64,000 nucleotides of DNA from Myxococcota bacterium. Lineage in GTDB: Bacteria; Myxococcota_A; Polyangia; Polyangiales; Sandaracinaceae. Both the position numbers and the translations under genes were made by a program. The notes beneath the pieces were generated by a model. It made no database searches and was not told the origin of the DNA. It saw only the letters and a list, made by a program, of their open reading frames with translations. The stretch lies in contig JAYZQJ010000074.1 of NCBI GenBank assembly GCA_036149055.1, positions 22,454 to 86,453 on the forward strand. Direction: 5' to 3'. Shown here one piece after another: positions 8,911 through 20,273 of this stretch (position 1 is its first letter; every line of letters begins with the position of its first letter).

Positions 8911-10662
8911 ATGCCTCGCTTACTTGCTTGGATGGGTGCGGTCGCGCTGCTGTGCGGCTGTGGGTTGACGATCGACCACGAGCCGGCGGACGGGAGCGCC
9001 GGAGGAGACGCGGCGACGCGGCTGGACGGCGGGGCCGCGGACGGGAGCGCCGGCGACGCCGGGCCGACGGACGTGGACTCGGGCCCGGACGGGGGGCCCG
9101 CCTGCGTCGACGCCGACCTGGACGGGGTGACGGGTTGCGCGGGCGACTGCGACGACGGAGACCCGACGCGCCACCCCGGCGCGCCCCCGATCTGCGGGGA
9201 CGGGATCACGCAGGACTGCACCGACGCCCTCGAGGACGCCGCCTGCGGGGGGCTCGGCACCTTCGTGTCGAGCGCGACCGGCGACGACACGAACCCGGGC
9301 ACCCAGGCGAGCCCGGTGGCCACGATCGCGGCCGGCCTCGCCCACGCCATGATCATCGGCGGGGGCGTCGACGTGTACGTGGCCGAGGGCGTCTACCCGG
9401 AGGACGTCACCCTGGTCGACGGGGTCAGCCTCTTCGGCGGCCACGACCCGTCGAGCTGGGCGCGGGACCCGGCGCGCCTCGTCTCGACCGTGCGGCCGCC
9501 GAGCTTCGTCGGCGTGCGCGCGCCCGCCGGAGTGGGGAGCGGCACCCGCTTCGACGGCTTCCGGGTGGAGGCCTCCGGCGGGCCCTCGACCGGCACCGCG
9601 GTGACGATCCTCGCGGGCGCCGAGCCGGTGATCGCGAACAACGTGCTGCTCGGGCCCGACGTGGGCGGCGCCTCGCGCGGCGTCGCCGTCAACCCGGCGG
9701 GCGCGTCGAACCCCGGCGTCCGGCCGCGCGTCGTCGACAACGAGATCCGCCTCGGGCGCTCCGGGAGCGGCTGGGGCGGCGGCAACGGCGGCTGGGGCGT
9801 CTACGCCAACCAGACCGCGGTCGACGTGATCGGCAACCGGGTGGTGCTCTCCGAGGCCTACACGGTGCAGCGCGGCGTGGAGCTCTTCGACTGCCCCGAC
9901 GGGCTGGTGGAGGCGAACGACATCTCGGGCGCGAGCGGGCCCGACACCGCCTTCGGCGTGCGCATCGCGAGCAGCAGCGCGAGCGTGAACGCGAACGTGA
10001 TCGCGCCCGGGAGCGTCGACCAGTACGGCCTCGGGATCGCGATCGAGGGCAACGTGGGCGTGGTGTCCGTCACCAACAACGTCGCGCGCGGCGCCGACGG
10101 GACCCGCCGCGCCTCGGCCGGGCTCTGGATCGCCTTCGAGGGGCCGCCCACCACCCGCCCCGACGTGCTCGTCCACTCGAACTTCTTCGCGGCGGGCGCG
10201 GCGCGCTCGGGCATGGCGGCGGGCGCCGGGCTCGTGCTGGAGCGCGGCGGCCCGCTGACGGTCGGGCGCTTCTACGACAACGTGATGTTCGCGAGCGCGA
10301 GCGGCCTGGGCGCGGCCTTCGCGGAGCTGCCGGCGGGGCAGATCGATCCGGAGGTGTTCGTGAGCAACGCGCTCCACGACCCGAGCGGGGCGTCGGCCGG
10401 CGCGGGCCCCGGGCTCTACCTCGACGAGGGCTCGACCCGGATGATCCGGATCGCCGACGTCAACATGCTCGCCGGCGCGCGCGGCAACCTCTGGGAGTCC
10501 TGCGGGCTCCTGGGCCTGGCGGGCGGCGACTATCACCTCGCGGCGGGGTCGGCGTGCCTCGACGCGGGGGACGGGACGGAGCTGCCCGCGGCCGACTTCG
10601 AGGGCGACGCGCGGCCTCACGGGGCCGGGCCGGACATCGGGCCCGACGAGCGCGTGCCCTGA
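8911..10662 (+). CDS. Secreted lipoprotein with MopE-like Ca/Cys motif and right-handed beta-helix
   Basis: LCGC lipobox, DADLDG..GDCDDGDP..HPGA, GDDTNPGT..PVATI, PbH1-like repeats, C-terminal DYHL..S.CLDAG..PDIGPDE. Confidence 0.8.
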   Translation: MPRLLAWMGAVALLCGCGLTIDHEPADGSAGGDAATRLDGGAADGSAGDAGPTDVDSGPDGGPACVDADLDGVTGCAGDCDDGDPTRHPGAPPICGDGITQDCTDALEDAACGGLGTFVSSATGDDTNPGTQASPVATIAAGLAHAMIIGGGVDVYVAEGVYPEDVTLVDGVSLFGGHDPSSWARDPARLVSTVRPPSFVGVRAPAGVGSGTRFDGFRVEASGGPSTGTAVTILAGAEPVIANNVLLGPDVGGASRGVAVNPAGASNPGVRPRVVDNEIRLGRSGSGWGGGNGGWGVYANQTAVDVIGNRVVLSEAYTVQRGVELFDCPDGLVEANDISGASGPDTAFGVRIASSSASVNANVIAPGSVDQYGLGIAIEGNVGVVSVTNNVARGADGTRRASAGLWIAFEGPPTTRPDVLVHSNFFAAGAARSGMAAGAGLVLERGGPLTVGRFYDNVMFASASGLGAAFAELPAGQIDPEVFVSNALHDPSGASAGAGPGLYLDEGSTRMIRIADVNMLAGARGNLWESCGLLGLAGGDYHLAAGSACLDAGDGTELPAADFEGDARPHGAGPDIGPDERVP

Positions 10663-10665
10663 CGA

Positions 10666-11160
10666 TCACTCGGGCGGCGGCTCGAGGAGGCGGCGCACGA
10701 CCTCCTCGGGCCGGCGCGCCTCGCCGTCGATCTCCTCCGCCGGCGTCCAGGACTGGTCGGCCTCGAGTCGGTAGCTGCCCCGGAAGGCGTGCGGCGGGGC
10801 GCCGCCCCAGTCGTCGGGGCTGAGCATCGAGAAGTAGAGCGTCTCGTTCGGGCGCTCGTAGAGGTGGTACACGGTGCCTGCGCGCTTCTGGAACGCGCAC
10901 TCGGCGCGGTGCAGATCGAGGTCGCGGCGGGCGCCCTCGAGGATGTCCTTCGCCTCCTCCTGGAGCGCGCGGATCTGCTTGGCGATCACGTCGAGCTTCG
11001 AGGTGACGACGGTGCCGATGGTGCGGTCCGCCTGCTGGATCTGTCGCGCCACGTCCACGAGGTCGTGCGCGGGCGCGAGCCGGCTCATCGGGTACGGCGA
11101 GGTCCGCGCGGGGCCCTGGTGCAGATCCCCGGCGTCGCGGGTGGTGTCGTCGTCGGCCAC
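10666..11160 (-). CDS. DUF2452-like protein
   Basis: SPYPMSRL, IAKQIRALQEEA, AECAFQKRAG.VYHLY..YFSMLSPDDWG..FRGSYRLE.DQSW. Confidence 0.8.
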   Translation of the reverse strand: MADDDTTRDAGDLHQGPARTSPYPMSRLAPAHDLVDVARQIQQADRTIGTVVTSKLDVIAKQIRALQEEAKDILEGARRDLDLHRAECAFQKRAGTVYHLYERPNETLYFSMLSPDDWGGAPPHAFRGSYRLEADQSWTPAEEIDGEARRPEEVVRRLLEPPPE

Positions 11161-11183
11161 GGCCGCGATATGAGGCGATCCCC

Positions 11184-12233
11184 TCAGCCTGGCAAGCGCG
11201 CCCACTCTCGGACGACCTCGCCGCCCTCGATCACGTGGTAGCGGTCGTGCATCGCGGCGGTGATGCAGGCGTGGTTGGGCCACACCCGGACCTGATCGCC
11301 GACCGACAGCGCGAGCGGCGCCGCCCCGACGACCCGGCCGTGCTCCTGGTGGGTCGAGACCACCCGCCCGAGGCGCGCGCCGTCCAGGGTCGTCACCTCG
11401 CCGAAGCCCGCGCCGCCGACCGCGTCGAGGCTGCGCTCGCTGCTCAGCGCGAGGGTGCCGGCGTCGATCCACACCGAGCCGTCCGGCCGCCGGGAGATCA
11501 CCGACGCGAGCACGCTCAGCGCGAGCTCGTCGCGCGCGCAGCTGCCGATCGCGTGCTGGAACAGATCGAAGAAGACGTGCACCCCGGCGCGCACCTCGGT
11601 GACTCCGTCGAGCCGCTCGGCGTGGAGCGCGGTGGGCGTGGAGCCGACGCTGACCTCCGGGCACGGGACGCCGGCCGCGCGGATGCGCGCTGCCGCCTCG
11701 ACCGCCGCGCGACGCTCCTCCTCCGCCACCTGGCGCATCGCCTCCGGGGTGCGGCAGGCGTAGCTCTGACCGCCGTGGGTCAGCACCCCGCGGAGCCGCG
11801 GCCCGAGCGCCCGCGCCGCCTCGACCAGCGCCGGATCGCCCGGCGCCCGCCCTCCCCGGTCGAGCCCGCAGTCGACCTCGAGCCAGGCGTCGAGGCCCGC
11901 CTCCGCGATCGCCGCGGCGACGTCGGGCTCGTCGGTGAGCACCTGCAGCCCCAGCGCGCGCGCGGCCGGGAGCTTCTGCGGCGTGATCCCGACCGCGTAG
12001 ACGAGGTCCTCGAAGCCGGCCTCGCGGAAGCGCCGCGCCTCGGCCAGCGTCGAGACGGTCAGCCCGCGGAAGGGCGCGTCGCCGAGCGCCGCCTCCGCGA
12101 CCTCGACGCACTTGGCGGTCTTCACGTGGGGCCGCAGCCGCACCCCGTGCCGCGCCACCGCCGCTCGCATGCGCGCGCAGTTCGCCTCGAGCCGCGCGCG
12201 ATCGAGCAGCAGGCACGGCGTGAGGAGGTTCAC
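11184..12233 (-). CDS. Alanine-racemase-fold PLP enzyme (D-serine dehydratase / D-threonine aldolase family)
   Basis: [39 protein letters not shown] overlaps the tdh stop. Confidence 0.88.
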   Translation of the reverse strand: MNLLTPCLLLDRARLEANCARMRAAVARHGVRLRPHVKTAKCVEVAEAALGDAPFRGLTVSTLAEARRFREAGFEDLVYAVGITPQKLPAARALGLQVLTDEPDVAAAIAEAGLDAWLEVDCGLDRGGRAPGDPALVEAARALGPRLRGVLTHGGQSYACRTPEAMRQVAEEERRAAVEAAARIRAAGVPCPEVSVGSTPTALHAERLDGVTEVRAGVHVFFDLFQHAIGSCARDELALSVLASVISRRPDGSVWIDAGTLALSSERSLDAVGGAGFGEVTTLDGARLGRVVSTHQEHGRVVGAAPLALSVGDQVRVWPNHACITAAMHDRYHVIEGGEVVREWARLPG

Positions 12234-13260
12234 CCGGCCTTCCGCCAGTCGAGCACGACCTTGCCGCTCTCCCCGGAGCGCATGACGTCGAAGCCCTTCT
12301 GGAACTCGTCCACCGGCAGCGTGTGGGTGAGGATCGGCGAGACGTCGAGCCCGCTCTGGAGCATCGAGATCATCTTGTACCAGGTCTCGAACATCTCCCG
12401 GCCGTAGACGCCCTTGAGCACGAGGCCCTTGAAGATGACCTGATCCCAGTCGATGGCGGTGTCCGACGGCGGGATGCCCAGGATCGCGATCCGGCCGCCG
12501 TGGTTCATGTTGCGCAGCATGTCGCGCAGCGCCTGGCCGTTGCCGCTCATCTCGAGGCCGACGTCGAAGCCCTCGGTCATGCCGAGCTCCTTCTGCACCG
12601 CCTTGATGTCCTCGGTCCGCACGTCGATGGTGCGGGTCGCGCCGAGCTTCTTGGCGAGCTCCAGGCGGAAGGGGTTCACGTCGGTGATCGCGACGTGCCG
12701 GGCGCCGACGTGCTTGCAGATCGCGACCGCCATGCAGCCGATCGGGCCGGCGCCGGTGATGAGCACGTCCTCGCCGACCAGGTCGAAGCTGAGCGCGGTG
12801 TGCACCGCGTTGCCGAGCGGGTCGAGGAACGCCGCGATGTCGTCGGAGACGTCGTCCGGGAGCTTGAAGGCGTTGACCGCCGGGATGGCGAGGTACTCGG
12901 CGAAGGCGCCGGTCCGGTTCACGCCGACGCCCACCGTGTTGCGGCAGAGGTGACGCTTGCCCGCCCGGCAGTTGCGGCAGTGCCCGCAGGTGATGTGACC
13001 TTCGCCGCTGACCCGGTCGCCGACCTCGAAGCCGCGCACGTGGCTGCCGACCTCGGCGACCCGGCCGACGAACTCGTGGCCCACCGTCATCGGCACCGGG
13101 ATGGTCCGCTGCGACCACTCGTCCCAGTTGTAGATGTGGACGTCGGTGCCGCAGATGGCGGTCTTGGAGATCTCGATGAGGACGTCGTTCGGGCCGATCT
13201 CGGGGCGCGGCTGCTCCTGCATCCAGATCCCCTCCTCGGCCTTCGCCTTCACGAGGGCCT

Positions 13261-13264
<4 letters not shown>
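12230..13264 (-). CDS. tdh: L-threonine 3-dehydrogenase
   Basis: [44 protein letters not shown]. Confidence 0.97.
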
Positions 13265-14457
<1,193 letters not shown>

Positions 14458-14579
14458 GCACGCCTCCGGATTCTTTGGGGTTCCCGTTCGCCGGGAGAGG
14501 GGGAGCGGAAGTCTGCGTCGGCCCCCGACCGGCAGCAATGGGCCTCCTCACGCGCGATCGGGTGCTACGGTCCGGGCCG

Positions 14580-15647
14580 ATGTCGGAGCCGGTCTCGCGC
14601 GTGTTGGTGCTGTACACCGGGGGCACCATCGGGATGAAGAAGGGCGCCCGCGGCTACGAGCCGGTCGAGGGCTGGTTCGCCGAGGAGATCGCGCGGCAGC
14701 CGCAGCTCCACGACCCGAGCCGCGAGCGCTTCACCACCTTCCCCTCCCGCAGCGGCCGGCGCATCCGCTACGACATCGAGGCCTACTCGCCCCCGCTCGA
14801 CTCGGCGAACCTCGCGCTCGCCGACTGGGCGCGGTTCGCGGCCGACATCGGGCGGCACTACGACGCCTACGACGCGTTCGTCGTCGTGCACGGCACCGAC
14901 ACGATGGCGTACACGGCCAGCGCGCTGAGCTTCATGCTCGCCGGGCTGACCAAGCCGGTGATCCTGACCGGCGCGCAGATCCCCCTCGAGCAGCTCCGCA
15001 ACGACGCCCTCGACAACCTCCTGGGCGCGCTCGGGCTGGCAGGGCACTACCGCATCCCGGAGGTCGGGCTCTACTTCCACCACAAGCTCCTCCGGGGCTG
15101 CCGGGCGACCAAGGTCGACGCGGCCGGGCTCGACGCCTTCGACTCGCCCAACCTGCCGCCCCTCGCCGAGGTGGGCATCGACGTCGAGGTCCGGTGGGGC
15201 GTGGTGCGCTCGCCGCCGGTCGGCGGCCTCGACGTGCACACCGACCTGAGCCCGCACGTGGCCGCGCTGCGGCTCTACCCCGGCATCACCCGGGCCATCC
15301 TCGAGAACTTCCTCCGGCCGCCGCTCGAGGGGCTGGTGCTCGAGACGTTCGGCAGCGGCAACGCGCCCGACCGCGACGACGACCTGCTCGGCGCGCTCCG
15401 GGACGCGTCCGAGCGCGGGGTGGTGATCGTGAACGTGACCCAGTGCCTCAAGGGCCACGTGCGCACGAAGTACGCCGCCGGCCGGGCGCTGCTCGACGCG
15501 GGCGTGGTGCCCGGCGCGGACATGACGCCCGAGGCGGCGCTGGCCAAGCTCGCGTTCCTGCTCGGGCAGGGGCTGCCCCCCGACGAGGTGCGCGCCCTCG
15601 CCGGCCGCTCGCTGCGCGGCGAGCTGACCGAAGAGGTCGAGGACTGA
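14580..15647 (+). CDS. ansA: Type I L-asparaginase
   Basis: [37 protein letters not shown]. Confidence 0.92.
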   Translation: MSEPVSRVLVLYTGGTIGMKKGARGYEPVEGWFAEEIARQPQLHDPSRERFTTFPSRSGRRIRYDIEAYSPPLDSANLALADWARFAADIGRHYDAYDAFVVVHGTDTMAYTASALSFMLAGLTKPVILTGAQIPLEQLRNDALDNLLGALGLAGHYRIPEVGLYFHHKLLRGCRATKVDAAGLDAFDSPNLPPLAEVGIDVEVRWGVVRSPPVGGLDVHTDLSPHVAALRLYPGITRAILENFLRPPLEGLVLETFGSGNAPDRDDDLLGALRDASERGVVIVNVTQCLKGHVRTKYAAGRALLDAGVVPGADMTPEAALAKLAFLLGQGLPPDEVRALAGRSLRGELTEEVED

Positions 15648-15652
15648 ACGCC

Positions 15653-16870
15653 ATGGACGTGCTGTTCCTCTCGCCGAGCTACCCGCCGGAGATGCAGCAG
15701 TTCACCCGGGGGCTCGCCGAGGTCGGCGCGCGGGTCTACGGGGTGGGCGACACCCCGGAATCCGAGTTGACGACTGCCGTGCGCGGCGCGCTCTCGGCGT
15801 ACCTGCACGTCCCGAGCTCGCTCGACGAGGCGGACGTGACCCGGCGGCTCGAGGGCTGGCTGCGCGGGCGCAACGTCGACCGGGTGGAGACCAACTGGGA
15901 GCCGATGATCCTGCTCGCCGCCGACCTCCGCGCCCGCTGGGGCCTGCCGGGGATGCGCCGCGAGCAGGTGCTCGCGTTCCGCGACAAGGTGCTGATGCGA
16001 GAGCGCCTCGCCGCGGCCGGGCTCCGGGTGCCGCGCACCTTCCGGGTGCGCACGGCGGACGAGGCCTGGGCGGCGGCGGAGCGCGTCGGCTACCCGCTGA
16101 TCTTCAAGCCGATCGCCGGCGCGGGCTCGGCCGACACCTGGCGCGCGGGCTCACCGGCGGAGCTGTCCGACGTGCTCGCCCGGACCGCGCACGTGCCCGA
16201 GGCCAGCGTCGAGGAGCTGATCGAGGGCGACGAGCTCACCTACGAGACCCTCTGCGTCGACGGCGCGCCGGTCCTCGAGGGCTGCTGCCGGTACTACCCG
16301 AACGTGCTCGACGCCCGGAAGAACGAGTGGATCAGCCCGATCATCCTGAGCCTGCGCGACCTCGCGAGCGAGGAGACCGCGCGCGGCGTGGCCCTCGGGC
16401 GGCGCGCCCTCGACGCGCTCGGCATGGGCACCGGCTTCACCCACATGGAGTGGTTCCGGACCGCCGCGGGCGAGGCCGTCTTCGGCGAGATCGCGTGCCG
16501 CGCGCCCGGCGCGAACATGGTCGACCTGATGAACTACGCGGGCGACGTCGACCTCTTCGTCGAGTGGGCGCGCGCGGTCGTGCACGGCCGGGTCGAGGCG
16601 CCGGCGGAGAACCCCCACCACGCGGCCATCGTCTTCAAGCGCGCCCGGGGCCAGGGACGCATCCGGGCCATCGAGGGGCTCGACGCCTTCCTCCACGCCC
16701 ACCGCGCCCACGTCGCGCGGGTGGACCTCCTGCCCATCGGCGCGCCGCGCCGGGACTGGCAGCAGACCTTCCTCGGCGACGGAAACCTCGTCGTGCGTCA
16801 CCCCGACCGCGACGCCGCCCTCGCCCTGGCCCAGCGCGCCGCCTCGACCATCCACCTCTACGCCGGCTGA
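15653..16870 (+). CDS. ATP-grasp domain protein
   Basis: FRDKVLM, YPLIFKPIAGAGSADT, GFTHMEWF, GEIACR. Confidence 0.88.
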   Translation: MDVLFLSPSYPPEMQQFTRGLAEVGARVYGVGDTPESELTTAVRGALSAYLHVPSSLDEADVTRRLEGWLRGRNVDRVETNWEPMILLAADLRARWGLPGMRREQVLAFRDKVLMRERLAAAGLRVPRTFRVRTADEAWAAAERVGYPLIFKPIAGAGSADTWRAGSPAELSDVLARTAHVPEASVEELIEGDELTYETLCVDGAPVLEGCCRYYPNVLDARKNEWISPIILSLRDLASEETARGVALGRRALDALGMGTGFTHMEWFRTAAGEAVFGEIACRAPGANMVDLMNYAGDVDLFVEWARAVVHGRVEAPAENPHHAAIVFKRARGQGRIRAIEGLDAFLHAHRAHVARVDLLPIGAPRRDWQQTFLGDGNLVVRHPDRDAALALAQRAASTIHLYAG

Positions 16871-16883
16871 CCCCGCTTGGCGC

Positions 16884-17058
16884 TACGGGGACGGAGTTTC
16901 CTCGTTGCCGAACGCCTCTCCTCGGCCACGATCGGCCCGGTCAGAGCCTCCGGGGCCTGGGAGAGCCGAAGCGACACGGCGCCGACGCGTGCGTTCTCGG
17001 CGAGCTCCTCGCCCCTCGCGCCGCGCGGGCCCGGTTGGGCAACGAGGAGCTCCGTCTC
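16884..17058. mobile_element. MITE-like short element with imperfect terminal inverted repeats
   Basis: Left GGGACGGAGTTTCCTCGTTGCC (16888-16909) vs right GGCAACGAGGAGCTCCGTCTC (17038-17058); left end recurs at 41563-41591; lies between convergent genes. Confidence 0.55.
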
Positions 17059-17081
17059 AGGACCTGTCCCAGGACCTGTTC

Positions 17082-17696
17082 TCAATCGCGGAACTTGATG
17101 GAGCAGCCGATCGAGCGGGTCTGGGCGTTGGCGATCGGGCGGCCGGCGACGAGGGCGTCGAGGGCGTCGGCGAGGTGGCGCTGCTGCACCTGGTCGGGCT
17201 GGTGCGCGTTGTCGTCGACCGCGCCGTGGTAGACGAGCCGGCCGCGGCGGTCGAAGAGGAAGACCTCGGGGGTGCGGGTGGCGCCGAAGCGCCGCGCGAC
17301 GTTCGAGGTCTCGTCGACGACGTACGGGAAGCGCATGCCCGCCGCTCGGTGTCGCCGCTGCATCTCCTCGAAGCCGTCGGAGGGGTACTCCCCGGGGTCG
17401 TTCGGGTTGATCGCGATCACCCCGACGCCGCGGCCGAGGGCGGCGTTGCCGAGCTCGGTGATGCGCGCCTCCCAGGCCTGCGCCCAGGGGCAGTGGTTGC
17501 ACGTGAAGATCACCAGGGTGCCGCGCTCGCCGGCGGCGCTCTGGATGGAGACCTGCTGGCCGTCCACGTTGCGCATGCGGTGGGTCCGCATCGGCGCCTG
17601 GGCGCCGAGCGCGAGCGCGTCCTGCGCGTGGGCGCCGGAGGCGAACGCGGTGAGGGCGAGGGTCAGCGTGGTCGCGATCGAGAGGGTCTTCGTCAT
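17082..17696 (-). CDS. Exported thioredoxin-family (AhpC/TSA-like) protein
   Basis: Signal peptide, FTCNHCP, GATRTPEVFLFD, YHGAVDD, GCSIK. Confidence 0.9.
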   Translation of the reverse strand: MTKTLSIATTLTLALTAFASGAHAQDALALGAQAPMRTHRMRNVDGQQVSIQSAAGERGTLVIFTCNHCPWAQAWEARITELGNAALGRGVGVIAINPNDPGEYPSDGFEEMQRRHRAAGMRFPYVVDETSNVARRFGATRTPEVFLFDRRGRLVYHGAVDDNAHQPDQVQQRHLADALDALVAGRPIANAQTRSIGCSIKFRD

Positions 17697-18277
17697 CGTC
17701 CTGCTTCGGCTTCGGTGCCCGTTCCCGGGCGAGCTGTTCTCAGATGGGCTTCGATCGGCCCTCGCAGCGCCGCCTCGTCGACGGGCTCGGGCCAGAAGTG
17801 CACGACGCGGCGCTCGCGGTCGAGGAGGAGCGTCGCCGGGAGCGCGCCAGACCACTCGGGGTGCAGCGCCTCGATGAAGGCGTCGTCGCCGCCGGTCTTG
17901 AAGTAGCTCGGCTCCGGCGCGCCCTGCTCCCGCAAGAAGGAGAGCGCCTCCGCGCGGCGGGTCGGCGGCTCGGCCGCGATCAGCGCGAGCCCGAGGCCCT
18001 GCCCCTCGTAGCGACGCGCGGTGGCGATGACGTCGGGCATCTCCTCGACGCAGGGCTCACACCAGGTGGACCAGACGTTGACGAGCAGCGCCGGCGCCGG
18101 GTGCTCCCGCAGGGTCTCCCGCACCGACGTCGCGTCGACGTCGATCCACGGGCTCTCCGCCGCCACCTCGGGCGCCGCCTCCGCGGCCGGGGCCGGGGCG
18201 GGGGGCTCCGCCGGCGGCTCGGGATCGGCCGCGCCGCTGCAGGCGGTGAGCGCGAGGGCGACCCAGACCGGACGCAT
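17693..18277 (-). CDS. TlpA-like thioredoxin lipoprotein
   Basis: LTAC lipobox; NVWSTWCEPCVEEMP; WSGALPAT; overlaps the next gene by 4 nt. Confidence 0.88.
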   Translation of the reverse strand: MRPVWVALALTACSGAADPEPPAEPPAPAPAAEAAPEVAAESPWIDVDATSVRETLREHPAPALLVNVWSTWCEPCVEEMPDVIATARRYEGQGLGLALIAAEPPTRRAEALSFLREQGAPEPSYFKTGGDDAFIEALHPEWSGALPATLLLDRERRVVHFWPEPVDEAALRGPIEAHLRTARPGTGTEAEAGR

Positions 18278-18392
18278 TCCGACCGCTGTCATGGAGGACA
18301 CTGTGGAGCCGCTTCGGGACGGCGCCACCCCCAAATCCGGTCCTCGGTGGAAGCTCGCGGGGCTGCGGCGGCTCGACAGGGGTCATTCCTGG

Positions 18393-20096
18393 CTACGTGT
18401 CCATCGCCGCGCGGATCGCGGCGCCGAGCGCGCGCGGGTCGCCGGGGGCGATCTCGGTGACGCCCTCGAGGCCACGCAGGCCGCAGGCGGGCGAGGCGAT
18501 CACCGGGACGCCGCGACCGAGCGCGCGCAGGAGCGGCGACGGATCCCGGGGGACCCAGGCGGGCGCGACCACGACCGCGGCGCCGTCGAGCGGATCGGCG
18601 CCCGGCGCTCGCACCGGACGGCCCCAGTCGAAGCCGCCCTCGAGGTCGCGGCCGCCCACGATCAGCGGCGAAGGCAGCCCGCGCGCCGCGTCCCGGAGGG
18701 CGTGCGCGCCCTCGCGCCCGACCACCGGCCCGAGGAACGCGATCGCGTCGCCGCGGCGAGCGGGCGCGCCTCGAGGCACGCGCCACGCCAGCTTCACCGC
18801 CCGCGGCCCGAAGGCGTCGGCGATCGCGGCGTGGGGCGTGATCACGCGCCGAGCCCGGGCGAGCGCGACCTCCTCGTCGGCGACGAGCCCGGCCGGGGCG
18901 CGGAAGTCGGCGAGGGTCGGGCTCTCGGGGTGCCGGCGCGCGGCCTCGTCGAGGCGGGCCTGGAGGAGCCGCAGGGGCCAGCGACGCATCACCACGTCGA
19001 AGGTGCGGCCGCCGAGCGCGCCCTCTCGGTGGAGGTGCGGCAGGAGGTGCTGGTGCACCACGAGGTGGGTGTCCTCGGGCCCCAGGCGCGCGGCCATCCA
19101 GCCGGCCAGCCGGGCGTCGTGCGCGAGCAGGGCCCGCTGACGGGCGGCGCCCTGACTGCCGAGCCGACGGCTCTCGAGGGCGCGGCGCGCGACGAGCGCG
19201 AGCGCCTGATCGACACGCGAGAAGCCCGCCGTCGTCCAGGCGTAGCGGGGCCGCCGCCAGCGCTGTCCGTCGCAGGGGATCAGCAGCCGGTCCCCCGGGC
19301 GACGCGCGCCGGAGAGCCAGTCGTCGATCTCCGGCGTCACGCCGTCGAGCAGGAAGGCCGTCCGTCCGACCGGCGCGGCGAGCTCCGGCGCTCTCGAGAC
19401 GCAGCCGGTGCGGGCGCAGCGGTCGCAGCTCCCGGTGGGCTCCGGTCGCCGCGCCAGCGAGACCCGCGTCGGCGCCGCGCCGCGCCCCCGCAGCCGCACC
19501 TCGAGGTGGGTCGCGTCGAGCGCCACCTCCACCCCGAACGGCGCCGGCGCGGTGAAGCGCAGGTCGACGTAGCGCCAGAAGACGGTGGCGTCGCGGCCGC
19601 GCTCGGCGAGCGATCCCGGCACCACGACCGAGTGGGCGTGCCGCTCCACGATCTCGAAGCCGGCCTCGAGCGCGGCGTCGTAGAGGGCGTTCGAGAGCTG
19701 GCAGAGGCCGCCGCCGACCGAGGGCACGAGGCACCCCTCCCGGACCTCGCGCCCGAGCGCGTACCCGCCGCGCCGGGTGGGCCGGCCGACGTGGCGCCAG
19801 AAGCTGAAGATCTCGCCGGCCTCGAACCGCCGCCCGTGCAGCGCGCGCGCCGCGACCCGGAGGTTCTGCACCTTCCCCGCCTCGAGCCGCCGCTCGGCCG
19901 CGGGCTCGGCTGAGCGGGACCAGAGCGGGGTGCGCGAGCGCCCGGCCACCGGGAGATGGTCGATCCCGCCGCGCCGGCCGAGCGGGGTGGGCGCGCGGAG
20001 CTCCGCGGCCGCGCGGATGAGCTGATGACGCGCCGCGCGCGCTTCGAACCAGGCGCGCGACAGCTGCTGCCGCGCCCACGAGCCCTCGCGCTCCAC
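18393..20096 (-). CDS. VanW-domain protein with degenerate glycosyltransferase-like C-terminus
   Basis: GKVQNLR, FSFW..VG, GGGLCQLSNALY, ERHAHS, GRDATVFW.YVDLRF; C-terminal LRALGRGVPVIASPACG. Confidence 0.85.
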   Translation of the reverse strand: MEREGSWARQQLSRAWFEARAARHQLIRAAAELRAPTPLGRRGGIDHLPVAGRSRTPLWSRSAEPAAERRLEAGKVQNLRVAARALHGRRFEAGEIFSFWRHVGRPTRRGGYALGREVREGCLVPSVGGGLCQLSNALYDAALEAGFEIVERHAHSVVVPGSLAERGRDATVFWRYVDLRFTAPAPFGVEVALDATHLEVRLRGRGAAPTRVSLARRPEPTGSCDRCARTGCVSRAPELAAPVGRTAFLLDGVTPEIDDWLSGARRPGDRLLIPCDGQRWRRPRYAWTTAGFSRVDQALALVARRALESRRLGSQGAARQRALLAHDARLAGWMAARLGPEDTHLVVHQHLLPHLHREGALGGRTFDVVMRRWPLRLLQARLDEAARRHPESPTLADFRAPAGLVADEEVALARARRVITPHAAIADAFGPRAVKLAWRVPRGAPARRGDAIAFLGPVVGREGAHALRDAARGLPSPLIVGGRDLEGGFDWGRPVRAPGADPLDGAAVVVAPAWVPRDPSPLLRALGRGVPVIASPACGLRGLEGVTEIAPGDPRALGAAIRAAMDT

Positions 20097-20153
20097 GTCG
20101 GGTCATACGCGCCGGGCCCCCGCCATTCTTCCCCGGGGACGCGGCCGCGGCGA

Positions 20154-20223
20154 CAGGCCGTCAGGGAATCGAACCCTGCGCGGCGGGGGTTGGAAGCCCG
20201 CCTGTGCGCACAGCACCCGGCCT
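20154..20223 (-). tRNA. Irregular tRNA-Trp(CCA)-like gene with miniature D-arm
   Basis: Minus strand: acceptor AGGCCG/CGGCCT with G73; T arm CAGGG-TTCGATT-CCCTG; anticodon loop TT-CCA-AC; 5-nt variable region; D arm CTGT-GCGC-ACAG; no encoded CCA. Confidence 0.7.
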
Positions 20224-20273
20224 ATGTGGATTGTTCCGGACGGAATCGTCCGTTTGATCGCGCGTGCGATCGA

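Noticed and set aside
15653..16870. ATP-grasp gene as a RiPP (graspetide) synthetase
   Set aside because: No precursor peptide, transporter or protease gene is adjacent.
20154..20223. Calling the smaller RNA tRNA-Gly(TCC)
   Set aside because: That register needs a 2-nt bulge in the anticodon stem; the CCA register gives canonical arm spacing and fits A1:U72/G73. Kept only as an alternative.
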